This document shows, piece by piece, positions 23,637 to 33,187 of a stretch of DNA of 64,000 nucleotides; position 1 is the stretch's first letter; each line of letters starts with the position of its first letter. The DNA comes from an uncultured Nitrosomonadales bacterium (lineage in GTDB: Bacteria; Pseudomonadota; Gammaproteobacteria; Burkholderiales; Gallionellaceae): positions 6,813 to 70,812 of the forward strand of contig CAISHO010000084.1 of NCBI GenBank assembly GCA_903885165.1, given 5' to 3'. Below the pieces are notes generated by a model. It had not been told where the DNA came from. It did no database searches and saw only the letters and a program-made list of their open reading frames with translations. A program made the position numbers and the translations under genes.

Positions 23637-25550
23637 TTAAACCGTGCTGCCCGATTTGATTTCAGTCTTAAAACGCTCGATTAACGCATCGATCGTCATC
23701 TGTCCGAGATCTTCACCACTACGGGTACGCACGGCAATCAATCTTCCAGCCACTTCCTTATCGCCGATAATCAGCTGGTAAGGTAATTTCTGCAAGCTAT
23801 GTTCACGGATTTTATAGGTAATCTTCTCATTGCGCAAATCCATTTGCACACGAATGCCCGCATCGAGCAATAAACGACCGATTTCACGGGTATATTCTTC
23901 CTGCGCTTGTGAGATATTGATCAGCACAGCCTGTACCGGCGAGAGCCAAAGCGGGAACGCACCGGCGTGATGTTCGATCAAAATCCCGATGAAGCGCTCC
24001 ATCGAACCTAAGATAGCGCGATGCAACATCACCGGCGCTTTACGCGTGTTGTCTTCATCGACAAATTCCGCATCCAGTCGCACTGGCAGATTAAAGTCTA
24101 ACTGGATGGTGCCGCACTGCCACATTCTGTCCAGACTGTCCTTGAGAGTAAATTCAACCTTGGGACCGTAAAACGCACCTTCACCGGGTTGAATCTCATA
24201 GGCCAGGCCATTCTGTTGCAAAGCCGCCGCCAACCCCGCCTCCGCCTTATCCCAGGTCTCATCAGCACCCACGCGCTTCACAGGACGAGTCGACAACTTC
24301 ACGATCACCTCGTTGAAACCGAAATCGCGGTACACCTCGTTTAGCATTACGATAAAACCTGACACCTCGTCCTGCACCTGCGCTTCGGTACAGAAGATAT
24401 GCGCATCATCCTGAGTAAAGCCGCGCACGCGCATCAAACCATGCAGCGAACCGGAAGACTCATTGCGGTGACAGGAACCGAATTCCGCCAGACGCAGCGG
24501 CAGATCGCGGTAGCTGTGCAGACCGTTGTTGTAAATTTGCACGTGTGCCGGGCAATTCATCGGTTTCACCGCATAATCGCGATTCTCCGATGAGGTCGTG
24601 AACATATTGTCGCGGTAGTTTTCCCAGTGACCAGACTTCTCCCATAAGGATTTATCCATAATGGTCGGCGTACGCACTTCCTGATAATTGTGCTCGCGGA
24701 ACTTAGCGCGCATGTACTGCTCGACTTCCTGCCACAGCGTCCAGCCCTTGGGGTGCCAGAACACCATACCCGGCATGGTGTCCTGCATATGAAACAGATC
24801 CAGTTGTTTAGCCAGCTTGCGGTGATCGCGCTTCTCCGCCTCTTCCAGTCTATGCAGATAAGCTTCCAGTTCATCCTTCTTTACCCAGGCCGTGCCGTAG
24901 ATGCGTTGCAGCATCTCGTTCTTGGAATCGCCGCGCCAGTAGGCGCCAGCTAACTTCATCAGCTTAAATACCTTGAGCTTACCGGTGGACGGCACGTGAG
25001 GGCCGCGACACAGATCGGTAAAATTGCCTTGTGTGTAGAGCGAGACATCCTGATCGGCCGGAATCGATTCGATGATCTCGGCCTTGTAATTTTCGCCCAA
25101 GCCCTTGAAGTAAGCTACTGCCTCATCGCGCGGCATCACGCTGCGCACTACCGGCAAGTCACGCTTGACGATCTCGGTCATACGCTTCTCGATGGATTGC
25201 AAATCTTCAGGAGTAAAGGCGCGCTGATAGGAGAAATCGTAGAAGAAGCCGTTTTCGATTACCGGGCCGATAGTTACCTGCGCCTCAGGGAACAACTCCT
25301 TGACCGCATGCGCCATCAAGTGAGCCATGGAGTGGCGTATCACCTCGACACCCGTTGCATCCTTGTCGGTGACGATCGCCAGACTTGCGTCCTTCTCGAT
25401 CAGGAATGAAGCATCTACCAGCACGTCATCCACCTTGCCCGCCAGCGTGGCGCGCGCCAGACCCGCACCGATACTCGCAGCGACATCGAGCACCGTGACT
25501 GACTGTTCAAAAACACGTTGAGAGCCATCCGGCAAAGTGATAATAGGCAT
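23637..25550 (-). CDS. thrS: Threonyl-tRNA synthetase
   Basis: TGS domain ([10 protein letters not shown]), [24 protein letters not shown]. Confidence 0.98.
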   Translation of the reverse strand: MPIITLPDGSQRVFEQSVTVLDVAASIGAGLARATLAGKVDDVLVDASFLIEKDASLAIVTDKDATGVEVIRHSMAHLMAHAVKELFPEAQVTIGPVIENGFFYDFSYQRAFTPEDLQSIEKRMTEIVKRDLPVVRSVMPRDEAVAYFKGLGENYKAEIIESIPADQDVSLYTQGNFTDLCRGPHVPSTGKLKVFKLMKLAGAYWRGDSKNEMLQRIYGTAWVKKDELEAYLHRLEEAEKRDHRKLAKQLDLFHMQDTMPGMVFWHPKGWTLWQEVEQYMRAKFREHNYQEVRTPTIMDKSLWEKSGHWENYRDNMFTTSSENRDYAVKPMNCPAHVQIYNNGLHSYRDLPLRLAEFGSCHRNESSGSLHGLMRVRGFTQDDAHIFCTEAQVQDEVSGFIVMLNEVYRDFGFNEVIVKLSTRPVKRVGADETWDKAEAGLAAALQQNGLAYEIQPGEGAFYGPKVEFTLKDSLDRMWQCGTIQLDFNLPVRLDAEFVDEDNTRKAPVMLHRAILGSMERFIGILIEHHAGAFPLWLSPVQAVLINISQAQEEYTREIGRLLLDAGIRVQMDLRNEKITYKIREHSLQKLPYQLIIGDKEVAGRLIAVRTRSGEDLGQMTIDALIERFKTEIKSGSTV

Positions 25551-25710
25551 TCTTTTTCTTTCAATAAACAATAAGCGCGAACAATTCGCGCTCATAACAT
25601 TAAAACCTGAAAATACGTAGCTATTTGATTCAGATAGATATTTTAAATATCAAACCGGGCTTACACCCGGCCAAAATCGATTAACCGCGAATTGTCCCAC
25701 AGTCACTCCC

Positions 25711-25980
25711 CTATCGACAAGTTGAAACACCCGCCAGCTGCGATTGAATCAGCGCCAGTTTTGCCTCGCGGGTTAACTTTTTAATTGCCATTTCCCGTTT
25801 GGAAGCCGCCGACCTGTCGACACAGTCTTCCGTATACGTTAAGCGTACCGGACCGCGCGCCCTTGTATATTTGGCCGCCGTACCTGCGTTATGCGCCGCG
25901 ATACGTTTATCCAGATCGTTGGTGATACCACAATACAAAGTCTCGTCTGCGCAATAAAGCAGATAGCAAACCCAACTCAT
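25711..25980 (-). CDS. GIY-YIG nuclease family protein (UPF0213/YhbQ-like)
   Basis: CYLLYCADETLYCGITNDLDKRIAAHN, AKYTRARGP; ATGA overlap with the lnt stop. Confidence 0.88.
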   Translation of the reverse strand: MSWVCYLLYCADETLYCGITNDLDKRIAAHNAGTAAKYTRARGPVRLTYTEDCVDRSAASKREMAIKKLTREAKLALIQSQLAGVSTCR

Positions 25981-27533
25981 CGTCCGCGATGAAAAAACAC
26001 AGGGAATGCCGGAAATAACTTACGCGACCAACCCCAGGCACCGGCCAGCAGCAATGCTATCAACAGCAACACAGCCCAATTACCCAAACGCACATAAGGG
26101 GTAGAGCCCTCATAGCCCTGCACTTTGCCTTGCAGCACGCCCTGCTGATGTTGCGGCAATTGTTGCAGGATCTTGCCATTCACGCCGATGATGGAAGTCA
26201 CACCGGTGTTGGTTGCGCGCAGCATCATGCGCCCCGTCTCCAGCGCACGAAACCTCGAAATCTGGTTGTGCTGAGCTGCCGCATGCGACACGCCATACCA
26301 CCCGTCATTAGTCACATTCACCAGCAGCGTTGCATCTGGGAGTGCGCTGATGATTTCTTCACCGAACACATCTTCATAACAGATATCCACCGCCACACGC
26401 TGCCCGGCGACCTTCATCGGCGCCTGCACTGTCTCACCGCGCGCCAAATCGCCCATCGGAATATGCAGCACCTCGTTAATAATCCAACCCAATACAGGAC
26501 GAAATGGAATGAACTCACCGAAGATCACCAGATGATGCTTGCGGTAGTGCTGCTGTGCGCCTGCAAAGCCATCTTCCGATGCGCCCAGCGCAATCACACT
26601 GTTGTAATAACCGGCTCGATCGCGTTCAAACACGCCCACCAGCACATCGCCTTCGTTCAGTCTGGCTTGATCACGCAATTGCTCAACCAGATCCTGAGGC
26701 ACTTCTTCGCGGAACATAGGCAAAGCGGTTTCCGGCAGGATCGTCAGTCGCGCCGGATTTTGCATCACCAGACGACGATAGCTCTCCAGTGTCTCCACCA
26801 TCGCCTCATCCCTGAACTTGATGTCCTGAGAGATATTACCCTGCACCAGCGTGACAGAAATAGGCAAACCTACCGCTTGAGTCCAGCTAACGCCGCGCAA
26901 TTTGGCGCCACCCGCCCACAAGGCGAGCAGCACCGCCAGCGCCACGCGCACCGGAATACTGAGCAACACAGCTTTACGCTGCGCCAGCACATTGATAAAA
27001 ATATAGGCCAGTAATCCAGAACTGACAGCGGCTACCAGAGAAACACCATAAACACCCAGCAGCGGCGCGTAACCTGTAAGCGGACTGTCGCTGTGCGCAT
27101 AGCCTAAGGTCAACCACGGAAAACCAGTGAATATCATGCCGCGCAACCACTCGACAGCCACCCAGATGGCGGGCATCACCAGGATGGTGCGCGGCGCATG
27201 GTCCATGGCAAATCTGGCCTGCACATACCCGGATAACGCGGTGAATAAGGATAAGAAGGTGGCAAACAGCAAGGTGACGGGAATAGCTATCCAGGCCGAC
27301 ATCTCGCCGAAATCGTGCAGCGCGACATAGATCCAGCCTATACCAGCCGAAAACAGACCGAGACCGAAGAAGAAACCCAAACGAGCCGCTTCAGATCGCG
27401 TATCCGCGCGGCTCCACAAAACGAATAACACGGCCAGCGCAAACATCGGGACCGGAAAATAGCCGAACGGCGCAAAGCCGGATACGCAGGACACGCCTGC
27501 CAGCAATGCCAGTCCTTTACTCAATATACGCAT
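25977..27533 (-). CDS. lnt: Apolipoprotein N-acyltransferase
   Basis: LVQGNI, LPETAL, YRKHHLVIFGE, DICYEDVF catalytic E-K-C triad. Confidence 0.97.
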   Translation of the reverse strand: MRILSKGLALLAGVSCVSGFAPFGYFPVPMFALAVLFVLWSRADTRSEAARLGFFFGLGLFSAGIGWIYVALHDFGEMSAWIAIPVTLLFATFLSLFTALSGYVQARFAMDHAPRTILVMPAIWVAVEWLRGMIFTGFPWLTLGYAHSDSPLTGYAPLLGVYGVSLVAAVSSGLLAYIFINVLAQRKAVLLSIPVRVALAVLLALWAGGAKLRGVSWTQAVGLPISVTLVQGNISQDIKFRDEAMVETLESYRRLVMQNPARLTILPETALPMFREEVPQDLVEQLRDQARLNEGDVLVGVFERDRAGYYNSVIALGASEDGFAGAQQHYRKHHLVIFGEFIPFRPVLGWIINEVLHIPMGDLARGETVQAPMKVAGQRVAVDICYEDVFGEEIISALPDATLLVNVTNDGWYGVSHAAAQHNQISRFRALETGRMMLRATNTGVTSIIGVNGKILQQLPQHQQGVLQGKVQGYEGSTPYVRLGNWAVLLLIALLLAGAWGWSRKLFPAFPVFFHRGR

Positions 27534-27615
27534 ATCACCTGCCTGTCAAATTGCAAAACTCGCGCAGCATACCCGATACAACCCCTTCCCCGCTAATGCT
27601 AAAAACTAAAGGGGT

Positions 27616-27630
27616 GCGGCAATATGTCGC
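27616..27630. promoter_or_regulatory. RegA/RegR/PrrA-type binding box
   Basis: GCGGC-AATAT-GTCGC, an exact match to GCGGC-N5-GTCGC, 66 nt upstream of the next ATG. Confidence 0.6.
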
Positions 27631-27695
27631 AGCGCCACTCGCCTGCACTGCTATAAAATTACACTAATTTGATTATTTTTCTACAGGATACCCGC

Positions 27696-28718
27696 ATGAA
27701 ATACCTTAAAATTTCACTGAGCATCGCATTAGCCCTGACAACCATCACCTCCGGCAGTAACGCGTTCGCCTGCGCCGCTTGCGGCTGCACCCTATCCAAA
27801 GACTGGGAAACACAAGGCATCACCACCAAACCCGGCTTCTCTGCCGACTTATCGTACGATACGCTCAACCAGAACCAGCAACGTTATGGCTCAGGAAAAG
27901 CATCCGGCGCGCTGATCAACACACTGAACACCGCTGGTCAGGAAATTGAAGCCTTTACCAAGACACAAACCGTGACTGCTGCGCTCAACTATAGCGGTGA
28001 GACAGTCGGCGTGAGCATACAGATTCCTTTCGTCAACCGCACACACGGCACTTATGGCAATCCTGCGGGCGTAACCGGACCAGTGGGAACCAGTTATTCA
28101 ACTTCTAGCGACAATAGTCTGGGCGATGTGCGCATCATCGGCCGCTACACCGGCTTTTCTGCTGAAAAAACATCTGGCATCATAGCCGGCATCAAATTAC
28201 CTACCGGCAACACCGGCGCGACATTTACTGCGGGCACCAATGCAGGAGCCGCACTTGATTCCGGTTTGCAAATCGGCACAGGCTCTACCGACCTTATTTT
28301 AGGCGGATACACCTCCGGTTCGTTTAACAAATACGGCTGGTTTGCACAGGGCACCGTGCAACACGCGGTTGCAACCGATCTGTCAACGACTGGCACTTAC
28401 CGCCCGGGCGATGCCTACACATTAAACACCGGCCTGCGCTATGCCGAGTTCGGCGCAAAAATCACCCCCATGCTGCAACTGAACATCATCAAACGTCAGG
28501 CCGACACCGGCACCAGCGTTCCTGTTGATCAGTTGAATTTTTCCACGCCTATCAGCGGCGGCACACTGGCTTATCTGGCACCGGGCGCATCCATGCGTTT
28601 AGGCGGCGGCACCTCAGTCTACGGCTTCGTCCAACTGCCAGTTTACCAATCGGTCAACTCGTTGCAACTCGCCCCCCAATACACATTAACCCTGGGTGTG
28701 AGACAATCCTTCGAATAA
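27696..28718 (+). CDS. Predicted outer-membrane beta-barrel protein with N-terminal CxxCxC motif
   Basis: Sec signal (AFA|C), mature N-terminus CAACGC, alternating aromatic beta strands, C-terminal LGVRQSFE. Confidence 0.75.
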   Translation: MKYLKISLSIALALTTITSGSNAFACAACGCTLSKDWETQGITTKPGFSADLSYDTLNQNQQRYGSGKASGALINTLNTAGQEIEAFTKTQTVTAALNYSGETVGVSIQIPFVNRTHGTYGNPAGVTGPVGTSYSTSSDNSLGDVRIIGRYTGFSAEKTSGIIAGIKLPTGNTGATFTAGTNAGAALDSGLQIGTGSTDLILGGYTSGSFNKYGWFAQGTVQHAVATDLSTTGTYRPGDAYTLNTGLRYAEFGAKITPMLQLNIIKRQADTGTSVPVDQLNFSTPISGGTLAYLAPGASMRLGGGTSVYGFVQLPVYQSVNSLQLAPQYTLTLGVRQSFE

Positions 28719-28738
28719 TCACTTCGAAGCTGCCTATC

Positions 28739-29230
28739 GTGAATACAACGTATCGTTTCCTGTCCATCAAAGCAATGCTCTGCACCTTGCTGCTGAGTTT
28801 ATCCTTCAGTTGCGAGGCTGAAACCTGGTCGCTCAAGGATAAGGAAGGCGTGCGTTATACCTCAGCCGGATTGCAGGGGCGCTGGGTGTTGGTCAACTTC
28901 TGGGCACCCTGGTGCCCGACCTGTTTACAGGAAATTCCCGAACTGGATGCGCTCCAAGCGAAACACAAGGACGTACTAGTAATCGGCGTCGCGGTGATGT
29001 ATAAAAACCGCAAAGAAGTGATGGAAATCGTGCACAACCAACCGGTCACCTACCCGGTGGTATTCGGCTCTGAAGACACAGCCAGCGATTTCGGCGGGAT
29101 GCCGGGCCTACCGACGAGTTTCCTATATTCCCCGTCAGGGAAACTGGTTGGCCGCCATTCAGGGCCGCTCACCCAATACGACATCGAACAGGCCATAGAA
29201 CAAGGTTCCAAGGCGCTGTTTAGCCTTTAG
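28739..29230 (+). CDS. TlpA/ResA-like thioredoxin disulfide reductase
   Basis: LVNFWAPWCPTC, GLPTSFLY cis-Pro loop, N-terminal signal or anchor. Confidence 0.9.
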   Translation: MNTTYRFLSIKAMLCTLLLSLSFSCEAETWSLKDKEGVRYTSAGLQGRWVLVNFWAPWCPTCLQEIPELDALQAKHKDVLVIGVAVMYKNRKEVMEIVHNQPVTYPVVFGSEDTASDFGGMPGLPTSFLYSPSGKLVGRHSGPLTQYDIEQAIEQGSKALFSL

Positions 29231-29339
29231 AACTTGACGAAGTCACTGACTGCACGACACAAGACCACATTTTATTACTCACAACAGGCCGCTTTGTGCT
29301 TAAATCGCGCCTTGACTCACTGCCACACTTAAAATCATC

Positions 29340-30071
29340 ATGGAAAAAATTCGTCTCTCCAAGCGCATGTCTGAACTTGGCCTTTGCTCACGCCGCGAGG
29401 CTGATGTTTATATCGAAAAAGGCTGGGTGGATGTCGATGGTGAAACCGTCAGCCTGCTGGGCACCAAGGTTTATCCTAACCAGCAGATCACCTTACGCAC
29501 CGCAGCCGTTAACACCCAGCAGCAACGCGTGACTATTTTACTCAACAAACCCATCGCTTATGTATCGGGACAGGCTGAACACGGCTACAAACCAGCCTCC
29601 GCCCTGCTCGATGAATCCAGTCACTGGGCGGAAGACCCTTCCCCCATCAAATTTCATCGTAGTCAGATGATAGGCTTAGCGCCAGCAGGACGTCTGGATA
29701 TAGATTCGCAGGGTTTGCTGGTATTGACGCAAGACGGGCGCGTTGCAAAACAGTTGATAGGCGAAGATTCCAAGGTGGACAAGGAATATCTGGTGCGTGT
29801 GCAGGGCAAACTGGAAACCAGCGGACTGGCCCTACTCTGCCAGGGGCTCAAGCTCGACGGCGAATACCTGAAACTCGCCAAAGTCACCTGGCAGAACGAA
29901 GACCAGCTGCGCTTCGTGTTGCGCGAAGGTAAGAAACGCCAGATTCGCCGCATGTGTGAACTGGTGGGTTTGACCGTCACCGGTTTGAAACGCATCCGTA
30001 TCGGCAAGGTTAAATTGGGCCAGCTACCGGTCGGACAGTGGCGTTATCTGGGCGAGTTTGAGCAGTTCTAA
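29340..30071 (+). CDS. rRNA pseudouridine synthase (RsuA family, RluF-like)
   Basis: S4 domain (RLSKRMSELGLCSRREAD), GRLDIDSQGLL, EGKKRQIRRM. Confidence 0.92.
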   Translation: MEKIRLSKRMSELGLCSRREADVYIEKGWVDVDGETVSLLGTKVYPNQQITLRTAAVNTQQQRVTILLNKPIAYVSGQAEHGYKPASALLDESSHWAEDPSPIKFHRSQMIGLAPAGRLDIDSQGLLVLTQDGRVAKQLIGEDSKVDKEYLVRVQGKLETSGLALLCQGLKLDGEYLKLAKVTWQNEDQLRFVLREGKKRQIRRMCELVGLTVTGLKRIRIGKVKLGQLPVGQWRYLGEFEQF

Positions 30072-30109
30072 ACCCTCGCTTTTTAATTTTTTGTAGAGCC
30101 TGAAAAAGT

Positions 30110-30138
30110 TTGCATTAATAAGAATATTCTAATATACT
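30110..30138 (+). promoter_or_regulatory. Sigma70 promoter with palindromic operator in the spacer
   Basis: TTGCAT-17 bp-TATACT; spacer contains the perfect palindrome AGAATATTCT. Confidence 0.7.
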
Positions 30139-30142
30139 TAAA

Positions 30143-30223
30143 CTCTGTGATTATGAAGCCGACTCCCTGCGGCTTCTGAAGTATTCTCGCTGTTTGGGCA
30201 TCCGATTGGATGCCCATTTTTTT
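30143..30223 (+). ncRNA. Candidate trans-acting sRNA (~80 nt)
   Basis: Promoter, then hairpin gaagccg-actccctg-cggcttc, single-stranded tgaagtattctc, terminator tgggcatcc-gatt-ggatgccca-T7; no ORF; flanking genes converge. Confidence 0.7.
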
Positions 30224-30294
30224 GCTGAAAAAAGCCTTAAACCTTAAAAAGCTATTTTTCGCAGATTGTATGAATTAACCCGCTATCTTGATAG

Positions 30295-32379
30295 TCAATC
30301 TTTATTAATCAATAAGTTACAAAATACGATGTGCGTATCTGTAAGCGCACTTCCCACCGGATAACTGCGGCGACAACGATCCATCACCTCTACACAGCGC
30401 GGCGCAAAATGACAACCCGCTGGCGGATTCGCAGGCGACGGCAGATCACCCGCCAGCCGGACGTATTCACGACGATCTCCATCTATGCGAGGCACAGCCG
30501 ACAACAAAGCCTGCGTATACGGATGACGCGGCGAGCGCAACACCTCCGCCGTAGTGCCGCGCTCGACGATGCGCCCCAGATACATCACACACACTTCGTC
30601 TGCCAGATATTCCACCACCGCCAGATTATGCGTGATAAACAAATAGGAGAGATTCAGTTCCTGCTGCAACGATTTGAGCAAATTCAAAATTTGCGCCTGC
30701 ACCGACACATCGAGCGCACTGGTCGGTTCATCGCAGATCAATAACTGCGGCGACACGGCCAACGCGCGGGCTATCGCAATGCGTTGCCGCTGACCACCGG
30801 AAAATTCATGCGGGTAACGCCACTTGGCCTCGCGCGCCAGCCCCACTTTATCGAGCAGAATGTCGATCTGCTCCTGACGCGCTGCACTGTTGCCGCCGAT
30901 AGCCAGCGCACTCATCCCCTCTTCGAGGATTTCTGCAACGCGCATCTTAGGATTGAGCGAAGCATAAGGGTCCTGAAACACCATCTGCATCGAGGCACGC
31001 TGCACCGCACGGCCACCGACCAGTTCGAGTCCATCAAATTTCACACTGCCCGCCGTAGGTGGCACAAGTTGCAGCAACGCCTTACCCAGCGTAGTTTTCC
31101 CGCAACCGGACTCGCCCACCAGCGCCAGCGTGCGCCCCTTTGCGATTGTCAACGACACGCCGTCCACCGCCTTAACCTGCCCCGCTACGCGTTGCAAAAT
31201 TCCCTTGCGGATCGGAAAGTGAACTTGCAAATCGAAAACCTCAAGCAGCTTGTAGCCGGTAGCCGGTAGCCGGTAGCTCTCCCCTGCAAAATCTCTCTCT
31301 CCCTCTTGGTTTTTGCTCTTAGCTACGAGCAACAAGCTACCCGCTACCCGCTCGTCATACAGATGGCACCTGACGCCCCGCCCATCCGCCAACTGCGTCC
31401 AGACCGGCGACTGCTCCAGACACGGTGTAAAAGTCTGATCGCAACGCGGTGCAAAACGGCAGCCCGACGAAATACTGCCCAGCGGCGGGACGGAGCCCGG
31501 AATCGCCGCCAGCGGCTGATTACGACTGCCCTCGCGCGGTAAGGCGGCGAACAATTTTTGCGTGTAGGGATGCAAAGGCTGAGCAAATAACTGCGTACGC
31601 GATGCCGACTCGACGATCTGCCCTGCGTACATCACCCCCACCCTATGGGCCATTTCCGCCACCACGCCCAGATCGTGCGTAATCAGCAACAAGCCCATCC
31701 CGGTTTTTTCCTGCGTCTCGCGCAACAGATGCAACACCTGCGCCTGTATCGTCACATCCAGCGCTGTGGTCGGCTCATCGGCTACCAGTAACTGAGGCTC
31801 ACCCGCCAGCGCCATCGCGATCATCACGCGCTGTTTCATGCCGCCTGATAACTGAAACGGATATTCATCCACTCGCCGCACCGCATCTGGAATGCCAACC
31901 TGATCGAGCAAGTCTATGCAGCGCTGACTAACTCCTTCCCCTTGAAAGGAGGAAGGTTGGGATGGGGATAATTTTTGATGCAGCGCCAGAACCTCGGCGA
32001 TCTGCGCCCCAACAGTCATCACCGGATTCAGACTCAAGCCCGGCTCCTGAAAGATCATCGCCATCTTACCGCCGCGTATACCACGCATCTCACGCTCGGG
32101 CAAACCAAACAGCGAAATACCGTTCAATTCCACCCCGCCAGATTGATTGATCACCCCATCCGGCAACAACCGCATCAGCGAAAGCGCAGTCATAGATTTG
32201 CCGCAACCGGATTCACCCAGCAACGCAAAGGTCTGCCCCGCTAAGATCTCGAACGAGATACCATCCACGATGGCCATGCCATTGTGTAAGCCGGTAACGA
32301 GATTGCTGACCACAAGCAGATGGGCGCGCCCGTTCGAGGCAGATTCGATTACTGGGGTGTTTTCAGGTTTATTGGTCAT
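30295..32379 (-). CDS. Fused two-domain dipeptide/oligopeptide ABC transporter ATPase
   Basis: Two GESGCGK Walker A motifs, LSGGMKQR and FSGGQRQR signatures, C-terminal GC.FAPRC Fe-S domains. Confidence 0.93.
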   Translation of the reverse strand: MTNKPENTPVIESASNGRAHLLVVSNLVTGLHNGMAIVDGISFEILAGQTFALLGESGCGKSMTALSLMRLLPDGVINQSGGVELNGISLFGLPEREMRGIRGGKMAMIFQEPGLSLNPVMTVGAQIAEVLALHQKLSPSQPSSFQGEGVSQRCIDLLDQVGIPDAVRRVDEYPFQLSGGMKQRVMIAMALAGEPQLLVADEPTTALDVTIQAQVLHLLRETQEKTGMGLLLITHDLGVVAEMAHRVGVMYAGQIVESASRTQLFAQPLHPYTQKLFAALPREGSRNQPLAAIPGSVPPLGSISSGCRFAPRCDQTFTPCLEQSPVWTQLADGRGVRCHLYDERVAGSLLLVAKSKNQEGERDFAGESYRLPATGYKLLEVFDLQVHFPIRKGILQRVAGQVKAVDGVSLTIAKGRTLALVGESGCGKTTLGKALLQLVPPTAGSVKFDGLELVGGRAVQRASMQMVFQDPYASLNPKMRVAEILEEGMSALAIGGNSAARQEQIDILLDKVGLAREAKWRYPHEFSGGQRQRIAIARALAVSPQLLICDEPTSALDVSVQAQILNLLKSLQQELNLSYLFITHNLAVVEYLADEVCVMYLGRIVERGTTAEVLRSPRHPYTQALLSAVPRIDGDRREYVRLAGDLPSPANPPAGCHFAPRCVEVMDRCRRSYPVGSALTDTHIVFCNLLINKD
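31246..31354. repeat. Oppositely oriented heptamer arrays inside the ABC ATPase linker
   Basis: gtagccg x3 and gctaccc x2, translated in frame (ESYRLPATGYKL). Confidence 0.7.
31932..31968 (-). repeat. CCCC-AACC-TTCC...GGGGAAGG palindromic element, in frame in the ABC ATPase
   Basis: Minus strand ccccatcccaaccttcctcctttcaaggggaaggag encodes SPSQPSSFQGEG. Confidence 0.6.
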
Positions 32380-32621
32380 ACTGAAGAAAAATACTCGATG
32401 AAGTGCGGCGCACGAAAATCCCCGCCTATTATACGGCGCTGCAACGGAGCTACACTTTCGACATGCTTAAAAAGCTCCTTTATGGCTGAAATAGATGCAT
32501 TCACTTTACCCCGCGACGGGGTGGACTGGCGTCGATTCAACTTTCGACTTGATATTTCAGCACATTCGCGGCACGATTCGGTTATACCGATACTATTCTT
32601 CTGTCTTTAGAGACTCTGCAC

Positions 32622-32900
32622 ATGGATAAAACGACTCAAAACCTCTCAGCCGCTGCCCTGGTCATCCTCGGCATTTATACGCTGGTCATCGGCGGCATTG
32701 TTTCAGTGCCCTACCACACGAATATCGTGGTTGGCTGCTTCTGGACTGAAATCATCCTGATCGTCGCGATGCTTTTCAAAGTCCAGCAATCGCCCGGCGC
32801 CGTACTGCCCACCGTTTTCGCCACACTATGCATCATCACGCCCACTGCGGCCACGGTACTTGCAGCCAGCGCAAACTTAGTCAGACATGTGATTCATTGA
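32622..32900 (+). CDS. Small hypothetical membrane protein (about 3 TM)
   Basis: 92-aa hydrophobic ORF with ATG and a downstream hairpin; no motif recognised. Confidence 0.55.
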   Translation: MDKTTQNLSAAALVILGIYTLVIGGIVSVPYHTNIVVGCFWTEIILIVAMLFKVQQSPGAVLPTVFATLCIITPTAATVLAASANLVRHVIH

Positions 32901-32907
32901 AAGCACA

Positions 32908-32940
32908 AGGTCTTGCGTGTTAATGCAAGACCTGATCCCG
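32908..32940. repeat. REP-like hairpin / possible terminator
   Basis: aggtcttgc-8 nt-gcaagacct followed by gatccc. Confidence 0.5.
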
Positions 32941-33187
32941 CTAATACATTTACGACCGCAATCACCCCGATTAATAATATCCGCTTCCAAAAAATTTCTC
33001 TGAAGCCGCTTTCGCCCTGACTAGCCCGAAATTTAGAACAGGCGTAAGATAGCTTCAAGGGATCAGCCATCCGACCGGGTTATTTATAATAATCCAATAA
33101 AATCAATTAAATGAAAACATAAAATATAAAATAAGTTGTGTTCTGCAGATATCCGCACTCTTTTTTATGCCCGTTTGATGAAAGACA

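Noticed and set aside
25711-25980. GIY-YIG gene as a homing endonuclease or mobile element
   Set aside because: Its size and motifs fit the ordinary stand-alone UPF0213 family; there is no intron or intein context
32941-33100. c-di-GMP riboswitch upstream of the diguanylate cyclase
   Set aside because: The GGCAAA/GNRA tetraloop-receptor core could not be found on either strand
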